Of a stretch of 64,000 nucleotides of DNA, positions 1 through 11,809 are shown one piece after another (the stretch's first letter is position 1; each line of letters begins with the position of its first letter). Position numbers and translations under genes: made by a program. The DNA comes from Octopus sinensis (Eukaryota): assembly GCF_006345805.1 (NCBI RefSeq), contig NC_042998.1, positions 141,484,001-141,548,000 of the forward strand. Reading direction: 5' to 3'. The notes beneath the pieces are model-generated. The model did not search any database. It saw nothing but the letters and a program-made list of their open reading frames with translations, and had not been told where the DNA came from.

Positions 1-232
1 TTCATAATTGGTGTTGGTGCCATCTTAAAAGCACTGGTGCTGGCGCCATATGAAAAGCACCCAGTACACTCTGTAAAGTGGTTGGCATTAGGAAGGGCAT
101 CTATTTATAGAAACCATGCCAGAACAAACAACGGAGGCTTGATGTAGCCTCCAGCCTTACCAGCTCCTATCAAACCATCCAACCCATGCCAACATGGAAA
201 ATGGACGTTAAATGTTGATGATGATGATGGTG
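1..232 (+). mobile_element. SINE-like retroposon, family 3 ((GAT)n-tailed), 3' portion
   Basis: Ends ...aacccatgccaacatggaaaatggacgttaaatg(ttgatgatgatgatg). The same 3' end recurs many times, e.g. near 8.3, 9.0, 10.0, 19.7, 23.4, 34.6 and 52.4 kb, and inverted near 21.5, 27.4, 35.2, 51.0, 54.1 and 61.1 kb. Confidence 0.7.
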
Positions 233-1377
233 ACATTTTTCTGTTAGGATTACTAACATATATCATCATCAACCCCTGGATATTAGTGTCTTCAGTTCTA
301 GAATACATGGGGTTGATTACCCAGTTGCCATGGTGTTAAAGTAACTGAGATTACAACAATCCCCTTGAATGGGTCACCAGTCCTTCAGAGTTACTCATTT
401 ATGGATGAGTGGACTGGAGTAACATGTAATGAAGTGTTTTACTCAAGAACACAACACATAATCTATTCTCCTAACATGTCCATAATATTTGCAGCCAGAC
501 AAACTTTATTTTAGGCTCTTCATCTTTAGCCCCCTTCAAACTAAAGTTGTTTGATGCGACTCCTTTTCCCCAATCCTTGCAGGTTCACAAGATAAAATAA
601 ATCACTTTATTTCTGTACAGTTAGAGCCACTGGTGCCAAAGATATCTCTTTGATAAAAGACCCTACCCCTACTAGCTAAGAAAAGTAAAGAAATCTTGAC
701 ATCATCACTAGTTTCCAAAAGCCACCAATGCTATCAAGCCTAGTCATGGATAACAGGCAGCCTATATATTTTATTACCTAAGTGTTTCACTGGTGTAGGT
801 TCATAGATTTGAATGTAAACACAACTATGAATTAACTATCATTTGATATTTAGCTGACATATGTGTCATTTGTATATAATGGGGTGTTTAGAACATAAAT
901 TAACAAGAAAGTTTGATGGAAGATTTTAACTTAGTTCACTTAAAAACAGGAAGTTTATTTTGTAGAACCAATACTGTCAGTTTCAAGTGGGTTGATATGA
1001 AAAAGGGTTAAAGATTAGCTAGAATAAATATCTAGAATAGATTCCTGAATTTGGTCATGATGACTGTGCGATTAAGTTATTGAACAACTGATCATTACAA
1101 TCGAGTGTTCAAATCTGACTACTGCAGCCATTATTTTATGCACTTGGGTATGTCTTATAACTCTGCCATCTTGGTTGATAATAGGTTTCTTTGTGTATGT
1201 TAGCATCAGAAATCGCTTCCATTTTAAAAATAATAATAATGATAAAAAAAAAAAATTTTTTTAACTTGCCCCCACAATATGCAAATATACAAATTGGTGA
1301 AAACAATTCCATATAAAGAATCAGAAAAAACATGGAAAAAATTACAGGAAACAATAACTAAGCAAAAAAATAAAAAC

Positions 1378-2030
1378 TAGCCATTTATGTATCATACTTA
1401 ACGTATATACACTCTGTCAATAGGCCAATTACTGCAGTTTTTGTCTGGAGATAACCTCACTTCTGGACATGCTGTGTTAAAAACTCATCCCAGAAGTAGT
1501 CAGCAAAAGTGCCAGATGCATTTCAGCCTTTTTGGGCCTTTTCATTGGTGTGTAGTTGTAACTAACTACTTACTTGGATGATAATTCATCAGCTCTGATA
1601 TATGAATCAATATTTAACCCTTTAGCATTTAAACAGGCTATATCTGGCCCAAATTTTCTATCTGTTTTGTATTCAAACCAATTAGATCCTGGCCCCTCAC
1701 ACCTACCCTACAATATTATGCTAAAAATAAACAATCACATTGTCGTAGGCGCAAAGTTACATGATAATGCATGATAAATTCATAACAATGTGAATAAAAA
1801 GGCATACATTTAACAGAGTAATCTGAATACTAAAGGGTTAATTAAAAAAAAACAAAGCCATATATCATCTTGCTGACCACTGCTGGGATGAATTCTCATC
1901 TCTCTCTCTCTCTCTGATATTTATTGTTTTCAACATTGCAAGTTCATAAGAGATGTTATCTCCAGATAAATATTGCAGTGACTGGCCTATTGACAGTGTG
2001 TGTACATTAAGTATGATACATAGGTGGCTA
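1378..2030. mobile_element. Old element bounded by ~80 bp inverted repeats (MITE-like), interrupted by a piggyBac-type MITE
   Basis: 1378-1458 (tagccatttatgtatcatacttaacg...ctggagataac) is the reverse complement of ~1953-2030 (gttatctccagata...gtatgatacataggtggcta) at roughly 80% identity. Confidence 0.55.
1618..1837. mobile_element. piggyBac-type MITE, subfamily A
   Basis: TTAA|CCCTTTAGCATT...ATACTAAAGGG|TTAA: CCC/GGG termini with TTAA duplicated at 1614-1617 and 1838-1841. Confidence 0.85.
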
Positions 2031-2902
2031 TTTTAATTAAATACTGCTTCAAATGCATATACCAGATAAACAAAATACCAGATAAATAAAATAAAAATAA
2101 AATAAAAAGAAGATGCTAAGATCAATTTGTGTTAATTCCTGTACAGCGATGGAATAAAATGTTCATTACAGAGTAAAATGAAAGATATTTCTGATAGTCC
2201 AGAAATAAATTAAATCATACAAAATTTAGATTAAGTACATATTTTTAATGAAATATGTAATTATTACAAATTGGCTGAGACAGGTTTGGAGGTAACTGAA
2301 ATTATTGCAGGTGATAGAGGTGGGGGTGGGGTGGTAAGACTAATTTTAATATACATCCACATATAGTTTCATCTTTCACTGCTTTGAGTTCAAATTCTAA
2401 CAAAGTTAACTTTCTTTTTCATGCCAGTTTCCATTCAACCATCCATCCACCCATCCATTCAATTTTGCCACCCACTATTCTTGGGAGGGTTGTTGGGGTA
2501 GTAAAGTCCTCAGGTACCTCTTCCATAGGGTCTTATCAGAAACATCCAGTGTGCTGTGGCAGGTGATAGGAGAAACCCTTGGGTTAAGCAGCAATTTAAA
2601 GATGCCTTCCAAGCAAAGAAGGAGGTTTAAAAGGCTTAACTAGGAAACAAGTATCCTCTTTTGTGCATATGGTATACTGAGGTGTGAACAGTTGCAGTAC
2701 AGTCAATAAAAAATTGTTCAAAGTTAAGTGATGGGAGGACTTCAGGGTTAAACTAGACTTTTTAGATTGGCCAATAAAGTGCTCTGGTAGACCATTCCCT
2801 GACTTTGTAATAAGAAACCTTCTTAAATACCTAATGCCAGTGCAAAAATAAATACATAAACAAACTAGTAATAAATATACAATTATTATTAAACTAGAGT
2901 AA

Positions 2903-3099
2903 AGTGGCGAACAGGCAGAATCATTAATGAACCAGGAAAAATGCTTAGTGGCATTTCTTCCAACTTTATGTTTTGAGTTCGAATGCCGCCAGGATAGACG
3001 TTGCCTTCCATAAGTACCAATTGAACACAGGGTCTAATGTAATTGGCTTATCCCACTTCCAAAATTGCATGCCTAGTACCTAAATTTAAAATCATTATT
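2903..3099 (+). mobile_element. tRNA-derived SINE, family 2 ((ATT)n-tailed)
   Basis: Head gtggcgaacaggcagaa, B-box-like gagttcgaatgcc, conserved body aagtaccaattg, 3' end aaatttaaaatcattatt. Confidence 0.7.
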
Positions 3100-4159
3100 A
3101 GAGTATTTCCCATCATATGGGAGCATATTTTTACCACCATGAGTATAATATCAGGAACCATGGCATACATACAATAATTATATTTTAATTTTTATTAAAG
3201 TTATTAGTGTTTGCATAAAATGATAAAATTAAGATAAATTTGCATATGAAAAATATTAATTACCTTAAAATATAATCAAATGCAACAAATTTCTCATTTG
3301 TATATTTGCAATACATATGTTATTAAAAAAAGTTTTATTGACACAAACCACAGTCTACTCCATAAAAAAATCTATCTATGCAACATTTTATGATAATAAT
3401 GATGATGATAATGATAATAATGATGATGATAATGATAATAATGATGATGATGATGATGATACTCTTTTCTACTAAAGGCACAAGGCCTGAAATTTGGTGG
3501 GAGGGAACTAGTTTATTACATCAACCCCAGTGTTTATCAGGAGGGTTCTAAGCACTTGAGAGACTATTGAAAGCTTGTGAATATCTAAGGTTACAGGTAG
3601 TAACTCACTACCCCCATAAACCCTACCAGGGATAAGACCAAGCCTGAGTCAAATCAATAATAACAATAATAATTTCAAATTTTGGCACAAGGCCAGCAAT
3701 TTTGGGGGAGGAGATAAGTCAATTACAGTGACCCTAGTGCTCAACTGGTACTTATTTTATCAACCCCAAAAGGATGAAAGATGAAGTCAACCTGAGTGGA
3801 ATTTGAACTCAGATCGTAAAGATAGATGTAATGCCATCAAGCATTTTCTCCACCATGCTAACAATTCTGCCAGCTCACCACCTTATATAACAATAATGAT
3901 GATAATAATAATCTTTCTAATATAAGCATAAAGCCTGAAATTTGAGGTGGGGGAGGGCTTGTCGATTTTTATTGAAAAAAAATTTTTTTTAGAAAGTTAT
4001 CATTGCCTGCCACCAAGCCTTCTATCAGCACTCACCTTACACCCTTTATGTAAACTCTCTGAATCTATCTTTTACTCAATCTTTGCCTTTCTATATGATG
4101 TAATGCCAGGAAAAATAAGACTGGAGAAATAAACCAACTAACCAACATTACATCTACTG

Positions 4160-4378
4160 TCATTCTTTTCTACTCTAGGCACAAGGTCTAAAATTTTGGG
4201 AATGGGGGCCAGTTGATTTGATTGACCCCAGTAATCAACTGGTACTTAATTTATCAACCCCAAAAGGACGAAAGACAAAGTCGACCTCAGCAGAATTTGA
4301 ACTCAGAACGTAAAGACAGACGAAACACTGCTAAGCATTTCGCCCAGTGTGCTAACGTTTCTGCCAGTTCATCGCCTT
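4160..4378 (-). mobile_element. tRNA-derived SINE, family 2
   Basis: Reverse complement of the family-2 consensus (ggcacaagg...aattt...ctggtacttaatttatcaacccc...gaatttgaactcagaacg...ctgccagttcatcgcc). Confidence 0.8.
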
Positions 4379-4926
4379 ATTATATCAACTATTATTATAT
4401 ATAGATGAGGAAATCACACTTATAACCACTTGGATGGTGGATTAATAGAATCTTATTATTATAAGGGAGGTGAAGTGGTAAAATTGTTAGAATGTTGGTC
4501 AAAATTCTTTGCAGCATTTATATTCTGAGTTCAAATCCCACTGAGGTCAACTTTACCTTTTCAACTTTCCAGGGTTGATAAAATAAAGTACTAATCTAGT
4601 CCTGGGATCAATGTAATCAACTAACTCCTTCACCTCAAAATTTCTAACACTCTGCTTAATCAATACCATTGACCCCAGTACATGATTGGTATTTTATTTC
4701 ATTGAACCCAGAAAGATTAAAAGCAAAGTTGACCTTGGCAAAATTTCTATACATTCTGCGTTCCAATCTTGTTAAGGTCCACTTTGCCTTTCATCCTTTT
4801 GGGTTGATGAAGTAAGTACCAGTCAAATACTGAGGTTGGTGCAATCGACAAGCCCTCCCCCACCTCAAATTTCAGGCTTTATGCTTATATTAGAAAGATT
4901 ATTATTATCATCATTATTGTTATATA

Positions 4927-5140
4927 AGGTGGTGAGCTGGCAGAATTGTTAGCATGGTGGAGAAAATGCTTGATGGCATTACATCTATCTTTACGATCTG
5001 AGTTCAAATTCCACTCAGGTTGACTTCATCTTTCATCCTTTTGGGGTTGATAAAATAAGTACCAGTTGAGCACTAGGGTCACTGTAATTGACTTATCTCC
5101 TCCCCCAAATTGCTGGCCTTGTGCCAAAATTTGAAATTAT
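4927..5140 (+). mobile_element. tRNA-derived SINE, family 2 (mirror copy at ~3670-3885 on minus strand)
   Basis: ggtggtgagctggcagaattgttagc (A-box-like), gagttcaaattcc (B box), tail ggccttgtgccaaaatttgaaattattatt. Confidence 0.85.
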
Positions 5141-6039
5141 TATTGTTATTATTGATTTGACTCAGGCTTGGTCTTATCCCTGGTAGGGTTTATGGGGGTA
5201 GTGAGTTACTACCTGTAACCTTAGATATTCACAAGCTTTCAATAGTCTCTCAAGTGCTTAGAACCCTCCTGATAAACACTGGGGTTGATGTAATAAACTA
5301 GTTCCCTCCCACCAAATTTCAGGCCTTGTGCCTTTAGTAGAAAGGAGTATCATCATCATCATTATTATGATCATTATTATCATTATCATGATCATTATGA
5401 TTATTATTATTATTATCATCATCATCATCTTTATTATTATTATTATTATAATTAATATTATTATTTTTCATCTCATTTGCCCTTACATTCTAAGTTCAAA
5501 TTCTGCCAAAGTCAACTTTGCCTTTCATCCTTTCAAAGTCAATGAAGTAAGTACCAGTTATGCCCTGGGGCTGATGTGATCGACTAGCCCCCTTCCCCAA
5601 AAATTTCAGGCCTTGTGCCTATAGTAGAAAAGATTATTATTATGGTTATCATTATTATTGGTATTTTACCCCATTTGTTTAGCCGTGTAAAAGTATCAAT
5701 CTTCAAATGCTAACAACAAAAACAATCTCCTTGTCTCAAACATATCTTTCAACAGTTTTCCTGCCTTCTCATAAGAAGTGAGTTAACCTGAAACCAAAAA
5801 CTAAGTAACACAACAAGTTTTATAATTAAATGAAATATGTAATTACAAATTAACCAAAAGAAGGTTTCCGTGTAATTGTAATTGCAATCGTTCAGACTCC
5901 TCGCATCAGTAACGAACTTAAACTGATTGATTAGAAACTATTAATGGTTTTACAATTAAATGAAATGAAAAAACAAAAAAAACAAACTATTTGACTAAAA
6001 TAATTCTTAGAAATATTTTCCTTTCCTTTTTTCCTTCAA

Positions 6040-6600
6040 ATAGTGTTGATGGTGGTGGTTGTGGTAGTAGTGCTTGTGTCCGTGTTGGTGGTCATAGTTG
6101 TGATGTTATTATTATTGGTGGTAGTGTTGATGCCAATGGTAGTGTTGGTAGTGTTTATACTGATGAATGTAGTAGTGGTGATTGCGTTGGTGGTTGTCAC
6201 AGTGATGATGTTTGTGTTGGTGGTTATGTTAGTGATGATTCCACTGGTTGTGTTTTATGTTTACTGTAGTGGTAGTGGTAGTAGCGTTCACATTGGTGGT
6301 TGTCACAGTAATGGTGTTTGTGTAGGTGTTGCAATAAGTGTTGGTGCTTTTGGGGAAGTGATAGCGTTTAATTGGCAGTAGTGTTTGTGGGGGTAGTCTG
6401 GATAGATTTTGTGCTGGTATTGTTGTTGGTGACACTGATTGTATTGGTTGTAGTGTTGTTGGTGGTGTCTAATGTTAGTACATGTCGGGTAGTGATGATG
6501 TTTAATTGATAGTGGTGTTTGTGCTGTCAGTAGTTTTAGTGGTATTTGTAGAGAAGTACTGCTGGTTTCAACAGCAGTGGTGCCATAATGGATTAATGTC
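6040..6600. repeat. Degenerate trinucleotide low-complexity tract (GGT/GTT/GTA; ACC/AAC/ACT on minus)
   Basis: Produces Val-rich and Thr-rich pseudo-ORFs broken by stops and frame changes. A similar tract lies at ~31550-31870. Confidence 0.8.
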
Positions 6601-6665
6601 ATGACAAAAGATAAGTAGTACATTAATTAGTAATAATAGCAAACATCACAATAAAATTATTAATG

Positions 6666-6696
<31 letters not shown>

Positions 6697-7251
6697 GTAC
6701 AAAACTATTATAATATTAATAATGACTAAAGATAAAAAAATCAAGGCTGCTAGCATTTGGTTACTAAATGACAATAGGAGTTAATGGGTCAGGTGTAGCA
6801 ATTCAAATGTAAAACAGTAATGAGGGTCATGGCTAATTAACACTATTTCAATTTGTAGCCATAATTAGTTTATAAAACAACATGATGAATGAAAGGGAGA
6901 AAGAGAGAGAGGAAGAAAAGGGGTACAATATGAATATCTTTTAACAATGGGAGCTTGGGAAGAGATAAAAGTTGGTAGTACAGGTGAATAGGAGGAGAGA
7001 AAATAAAATCATGAAAGACCTGGAGAGAAGAAAGAGGGATAAGAAAGGAGGAGGAGATATTGTTGAAAAGGGAGTGAGAGAAAGTGTATAAGAGAAGAAG
7101 GAGAGGAGAGAGAAATAAATATTAGAGAGAGAGAGAGAGGAGAGAGAGAGACTGTTAGAGCTAGGAGAGAAGAGAGGATTCACAATAGTATGCGAGGCAA
7201 ATGAGAGAAGTGGTTCACGAAAGATTTCTCAAATGAGAGAAGTGGTTCAGG

Positions 7252-7600
7252 TAAGGTTTCTCAACCGTTTCTTACCTATGGACCCCTTTAATTACTATTT
7301 CATTCTGGTGGATCCACCCATAGCCATTTGGTGTTTAAAAACTAGCTTTATAGAAACTTCTTTCAAAATTCCTATTTTGTTTTTCATACACAACTTGTGG
7401 AGGGTGAACTATGTAAAATGTTGGAGGAGAAAACCAAGCTGCTTCTTGCAATAAATACTGATACATACATCTAAAGCAAAATTTTTTCAGGAGCCCTTAA
7501 AATACTATTGTGAATCCTGAATTTACTATTATGCTGTGTCGAACCCCAAAAATCTTATATACACCCTCAGGGACCATGTGCCTCTGGTTGAGAACCACTG
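7252..7600. mobile_element. hAT (Charlie-like) MITE
   Basis: Termini taaggtttctcaacc ... ggttgagaaccactg match the CAGTGGTTCTCAACC type; decayed 8-bp flanks ggttcagg / ggcgaagg. Same family as 42988-43217. Confidence 0.65.
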
Positions 7601-7904
7601 GGCGAAGGCTTAGGTCTATCATAAGCACTAAGACTCATAAGGACAGCGCTTTAACCTGGTTTCCCTAGTGTATAAGGGATTGTCATTACAACACTCTTCT
7701 CCTGAATGGGATGCTAGTCTGTCATGAGATTAACTTCCCAGGTATGCTTGAACCTTGTTTACAGCTTTGCAGACAGGAGCAACAAGAAATGAAATGTTTT
7801 GTTTCATGAACACAATGCACCACCTGGTACAGGAATTGAAATCATCATCTTTTGATCTTGAGTGTAACATCCTACAACCTAACTACTAGGCTACACATCT
7901 AGTG

Positions 7905-7907
<3 letters not shown>

Positions 7908-7970
<63 letters not shown>
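7908..7970. repeat. (AG)n microsatellite
   Basis: Uninterrupted gagaga run; source of the ERERER and SLSLSL ORFs. Confidence 0.95.
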
Positions 7971-7973
<3 letters not shown>

Positions 7974-10091
7974 AAAAATAAAGATATGCAAGACAGAGGA
8001 AGAAATGGCAAGAAGGTAAGAGGGAGGAGAGAGCAAAAGAAGAGATATAAGGAAATGTCTTTAATGATTGAGGGAATCAGTGAATGGTAAGGTTCCACAG
8101 CAAAAAGGTTGGAGAAGTATTGGGTAAGTGGGGAAACTTATGTATGAATGATATACCCTCTGAATCCTTTGAATATGTTGTTTTAATAAACAGTAGTTGA
8201 ATAAAGACTTGTAGTACAGTTATCTATCAATCTATATCTACACACACACACACATATATTAAGAAGGGAATCCAGCTGTAGAACCATTGCCAAATCATAT
8301 CAGAACCTGGTGCAGCTACCCAGCTTTCCAGTTTTCAGTCAAACTGTCCAACTCATGCCAACATGGAAAACAGGCATTAAATGATGAAGACGATGATATA
8401 TATATATATATATTTGTAAAAAATGAAGTTCGAAAATGCTGCTGTATTATACAATTTTTAATTTTTATATATACATTATAACATTCATTTATTTTCATAT
8501 ACTTTTAGTCTTGTCTCATGTATCCCACTCATTTTGTATTGCCCTGTCTTAACTACACAATCCCACCCACCACTCTATGTAGCATTTGTTGTATAAAGCT
8601 ACTGGTATTCTGAAGCAAGTGATCCTGTTGTTAAAGAACCAAGACTATACTGATCTTCAGTCAACAGCTGATGAAGGGTAGAGTTGTGTTTACATTTGTG
8701 CTTTTTCCTGCCACAGATGTTACAATAGGGCAGGTCCCAACTGTAAATATATCAAGGTATAATTTATAATGGATATTGCAATTGGACAGATCCCACCATC
8801 AATATATATTGTAAAACAGACTTTATGATAGAATAAGTCCCACCATTAAGATATAGTATATAATAGACTTTATAGTTGAGCTGTTTGGTGACCTCATTAG
8901 TATTGGTGGAATGGAAAAAAAAGCACCTAGTATATGCTGTAAAGTGGTTGGCTTTAGGAAAGGTATCTAGCTGTAGAAAACATAACATGGAAGACAACAG
9001 ACCACAATGCAGATCTTGGCCCATCAGATCCTATCAAACCATCCAACCCATGCCAGCATGGAATGTTAATATTAACCCCTTTGGGATACCCAGGCCGATT
9101 GATCAGTCCAAGCAATACAAGCTGAAAGGACTTTGAGGCCAATCCATTAACCCCATGGAACACATGTTATGAATGGTTGGTTTTGGAGTGTAATAGCTAA
9201 TCAGAGATCATCTTTCAGTAGATGTATCTTAAAAGGAAAAAAATTCAGTCTTTTTGGCTACACATACCCTCATAAAGGTTAAATGATGATGATGATTATA
9301 GCAGAACAAGTCCCTTCATAGTACAGCCTATGAAGTCTCCCCAATACCATAGAGTTTATTGTAGACTTTATAATAGTGCCAAGCTCAACATCAAGATATG
9401 GTTTATGATAAGACTGATATTTCACAGCTGTTAAATAAACAAACGATATTCTTACATGTACTTTTACTGCTTAGGTTACAATGTTTAATCTGTTGATCCA
9501 ATACTTGATTTATAATATTTGTTGTTAAGCACTCTTATAAAATACTTTGGTTATACCAAGGAAAACACGCAGAAGAGTTGTAGATTGTTTCTATCATAAC
9601 ACAGTGATGACTGTGTCCTGACAAAGTTGAAACAAATGGAATAAATATTTTATGTCATTTGAAGAACAGTTGAAAGATGACGATTTCAGTGAATACAAAA
9701 TGTGTAAAGAAACACTGAAGAGGGTAGAAACATACAGTTATTAAACAAAGAGGGGGAGAAAGAATTTAATAGTTATTGGAATTCCAAATGCTGAGTAGTC
9801 ATGCTTCTTCAAAATAGTAAGACACCTGTGTGTGTGCTCCACTCTTACACTTCAACAGCCTATCACTTGACATAAAGCCACCTGTCTTCACTCTCAAATA
9901 CTCACCTCCACTTAGCTTAGGGAGCTTTCTCCTTTACTTTTTATTTTTTTTATCTTGCAAGTTATTTGGTGACCACACTAGTGCAGGTGGCACAAAAAGA
10001 CACCTGGTACACACTGTAAGGGGCACAATGCAGCCCTTTAGCTGAATCCTGTCAAACTATCCAACCCATGCCAGCATTGAAAATGGATGTT

Positions 10092-10467
10092 TCTTTTACT
10101 TGTTTCCGTCATTTGACTGTAGCCATGCTGGGGGGCACCACCTTGAGGATATTAGTCAACAAACAGACCCTCCGGGGCTTGCACTTTTAAGCTTGGCACT
10201 TATTCTATTGATCTCTTTTGCCAAACCACTAAGTTAAGGGGACATAAACACACCAACACCAGTTGTTAAGTGGGGTGGGAGACAAACACAGACACAAAGA
10301 CACATACACAAGATGGGCTTCTTTCAGTTTCCATCCACCAAATCCACTCACAAGTCTTTGGTTGACCTGAGGCTATAGTAAAAGACACTTGCTCAAAGTG
10401 TCCTGCAGTGAAACTAAACCTGTAATCATGTGGTTAGGAAGCAAACTTCTTACCACACAGCCATGCC
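10092..10467 (-). mobile_element. tRNA-derived SINE, family 1
   Basis: Full reverse-complement copy from tail (tcttttacttgtttccgtcatttgact) to head (cttcttaccacacagccatgcc). Confidence 0.8.
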
Positions 10468-10895
10468 TGATGATGATGATGATGATGAAACAATATTTGA
10501 AAAGTGCTTTTTCTATCAAATAGCAAGAATAAGTCAGCAAGATGAAGCCCAGCTATTCTCAAGCTGTTCTCTATGGAAAACATACCTTAGAACTGTGAGT
10601 TATTGCAACAGTTACTTCAAATGAATTTTGTATCATGTATTTTATCAGGTACAAATGTGGGTGCACAGTTGAAAAGATTCAGCTTCAGTCCTACTGTGCA
10701 ACAACTTGGGTTAGGGTTATGGTCTTCTGCCATATCTCCAGGACAGCTAATGCACTGTGAGAGAAATTGGCATTGGGAAACTGTGCACAACCACATCAGA
10801 TCTGTGTCTGCGTGAGAGTATGCATATGTATAGTGTGTGAGTGTATGTATGTATATATATATATATATATATAATATATATATATAGGGCAGAGG

Positions 10896-11226
10896 GTAAA
10901 AACCCTCTTCAGTCATGAATGACCGTGGGATTGCACCTAGAAAGTTCCCCTCCTAGGCACAAGTCCGGGCAAGGTTGTTTATGGAAGACCAGCAGTCACT
11001 TATGCATACCAGCCTCCCCTTTCCATGTCACTGATGTTATCTTGTAATTCAAGGGAAAGGCAAAGGCTGATACCAGTGATGTTGCAACTCATTTCTACAG
11101 CTGAGTGAATTGAGGCAATGTGAAATAAAGTGTTATGCTCAAGAACACAACACAGAGCCCAGTCTGGGAACTGAACTTACTACCTCATCATTTGAGAGCC
11201 TGATGCTCCCACCACTGAGCTATGTG
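10896..11226 (-). mobile_element. tRNA-derived SINE, family 4
   Basis: Minus strand reads gctcagtggtgggagc...gttcagttccc...gtgttgtgttcttgagc...cagctgtagaaatgag. Close relatives at 19268-19597 (-) and 50161-50442 (+). Confidence 0.8.
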
Positions 11227-11235
11227 TATAAGCAC

Positions 11236-11388
11236 AGGTGTGGACGTGTGGTTAAAAAGCTTACTTCCCAACATGATTCAACATTCAGTTCCACTGCATG
11301 ACACCTTGGGCAAATGTCTTTTACTACAGCTTAAGGCCAACCAAAGCCTTGTGAATGGATTTGGTAGACAGAAACTGAAAGAAGCTTG

Positions 11389-11482
<94 letters not shown>

Positions 11483-11690
11483 ATGTGTCTTTATGTCTGT
11501 GTTTGTTCTCACCACTATTTGACAACTGGTATTGGTGATTTGGCAAAGGGACCGAAAGAGTAAGCATCAGGTTTAAAAAATAAATAAATGAATAAAAAAG
11601 TACTAGGTTGATTTATTTGACTAAAAATTCAAGGTGGTGCACCAGCATGGTCACAGTCTAATGATTGAAACAAATAAAAGAGATAAAAAA
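11236..11690 (+). mobile_element. tRNA-derived SINE, family 1, with internal (TA)n(TG)n microsatellite
   Basis: Head ...gtgtggttaaaaagctt, ccttgggcaaatgtc (CORE-like motif), gacagaaactgaaagaagc, then (TA)n(TG)n at ~11390-11480, then 3' part ending gattgaaacaaataaaagagataaaa. Confidence 0.8.
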
Positions 11691-11778
11691 GATATGTATG
11701 TGTATATATATATGCATATAAATATGTATGCATGTCTATATGTATGTATGTGTATGCATGTCTATGTGCGTGTGTATT

Positions 11779-11809
<31 letters not shown>

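Larger units (their letters stand above)
3461..5348. repeat. Near-perfect inverted repeat: arms 3461-3967 and 4843-5348, 875 bp spacer
   Basis: Manual alignment of arm 1 with the reverse complement of arm 2 gives 1 substitution and one 1-bp indel over ~507 bp. Both outer ends continue into complementary (GAT/AAT) and (ATC/ATT) microsatellites. Confidence 0.95.

Noticed and set aside
5991-6623. Overlapping Val-rich and Thr-rich ORFs suggesting a mucin-like exon
   Set aside because: Degenerate trinucleotide repeat; the Thr-rich reading switches frame and hits stops, with no convincing splice sites.
7199-7249. 19-bp direct repeat aaatgagagaagtggttca with a short spacer (CRISPR-like at a glance)
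   Set aside because: Only two copies, a 13-bp spacer, eukaryotic context and no cas genes; a local microduplication beside a MITE.
9711-9745. CTGAAGA-gggta-GAAAC hammerhead-like string
   Set aside because: No stem II or stem I pairing; compatible with chance.
10586-10754. Segment with acceptor- and donor-like sites on the minus strand
   Set aside because: All three minus frames contain stops between the sites; plus-strand readings are open but unrecognisable.
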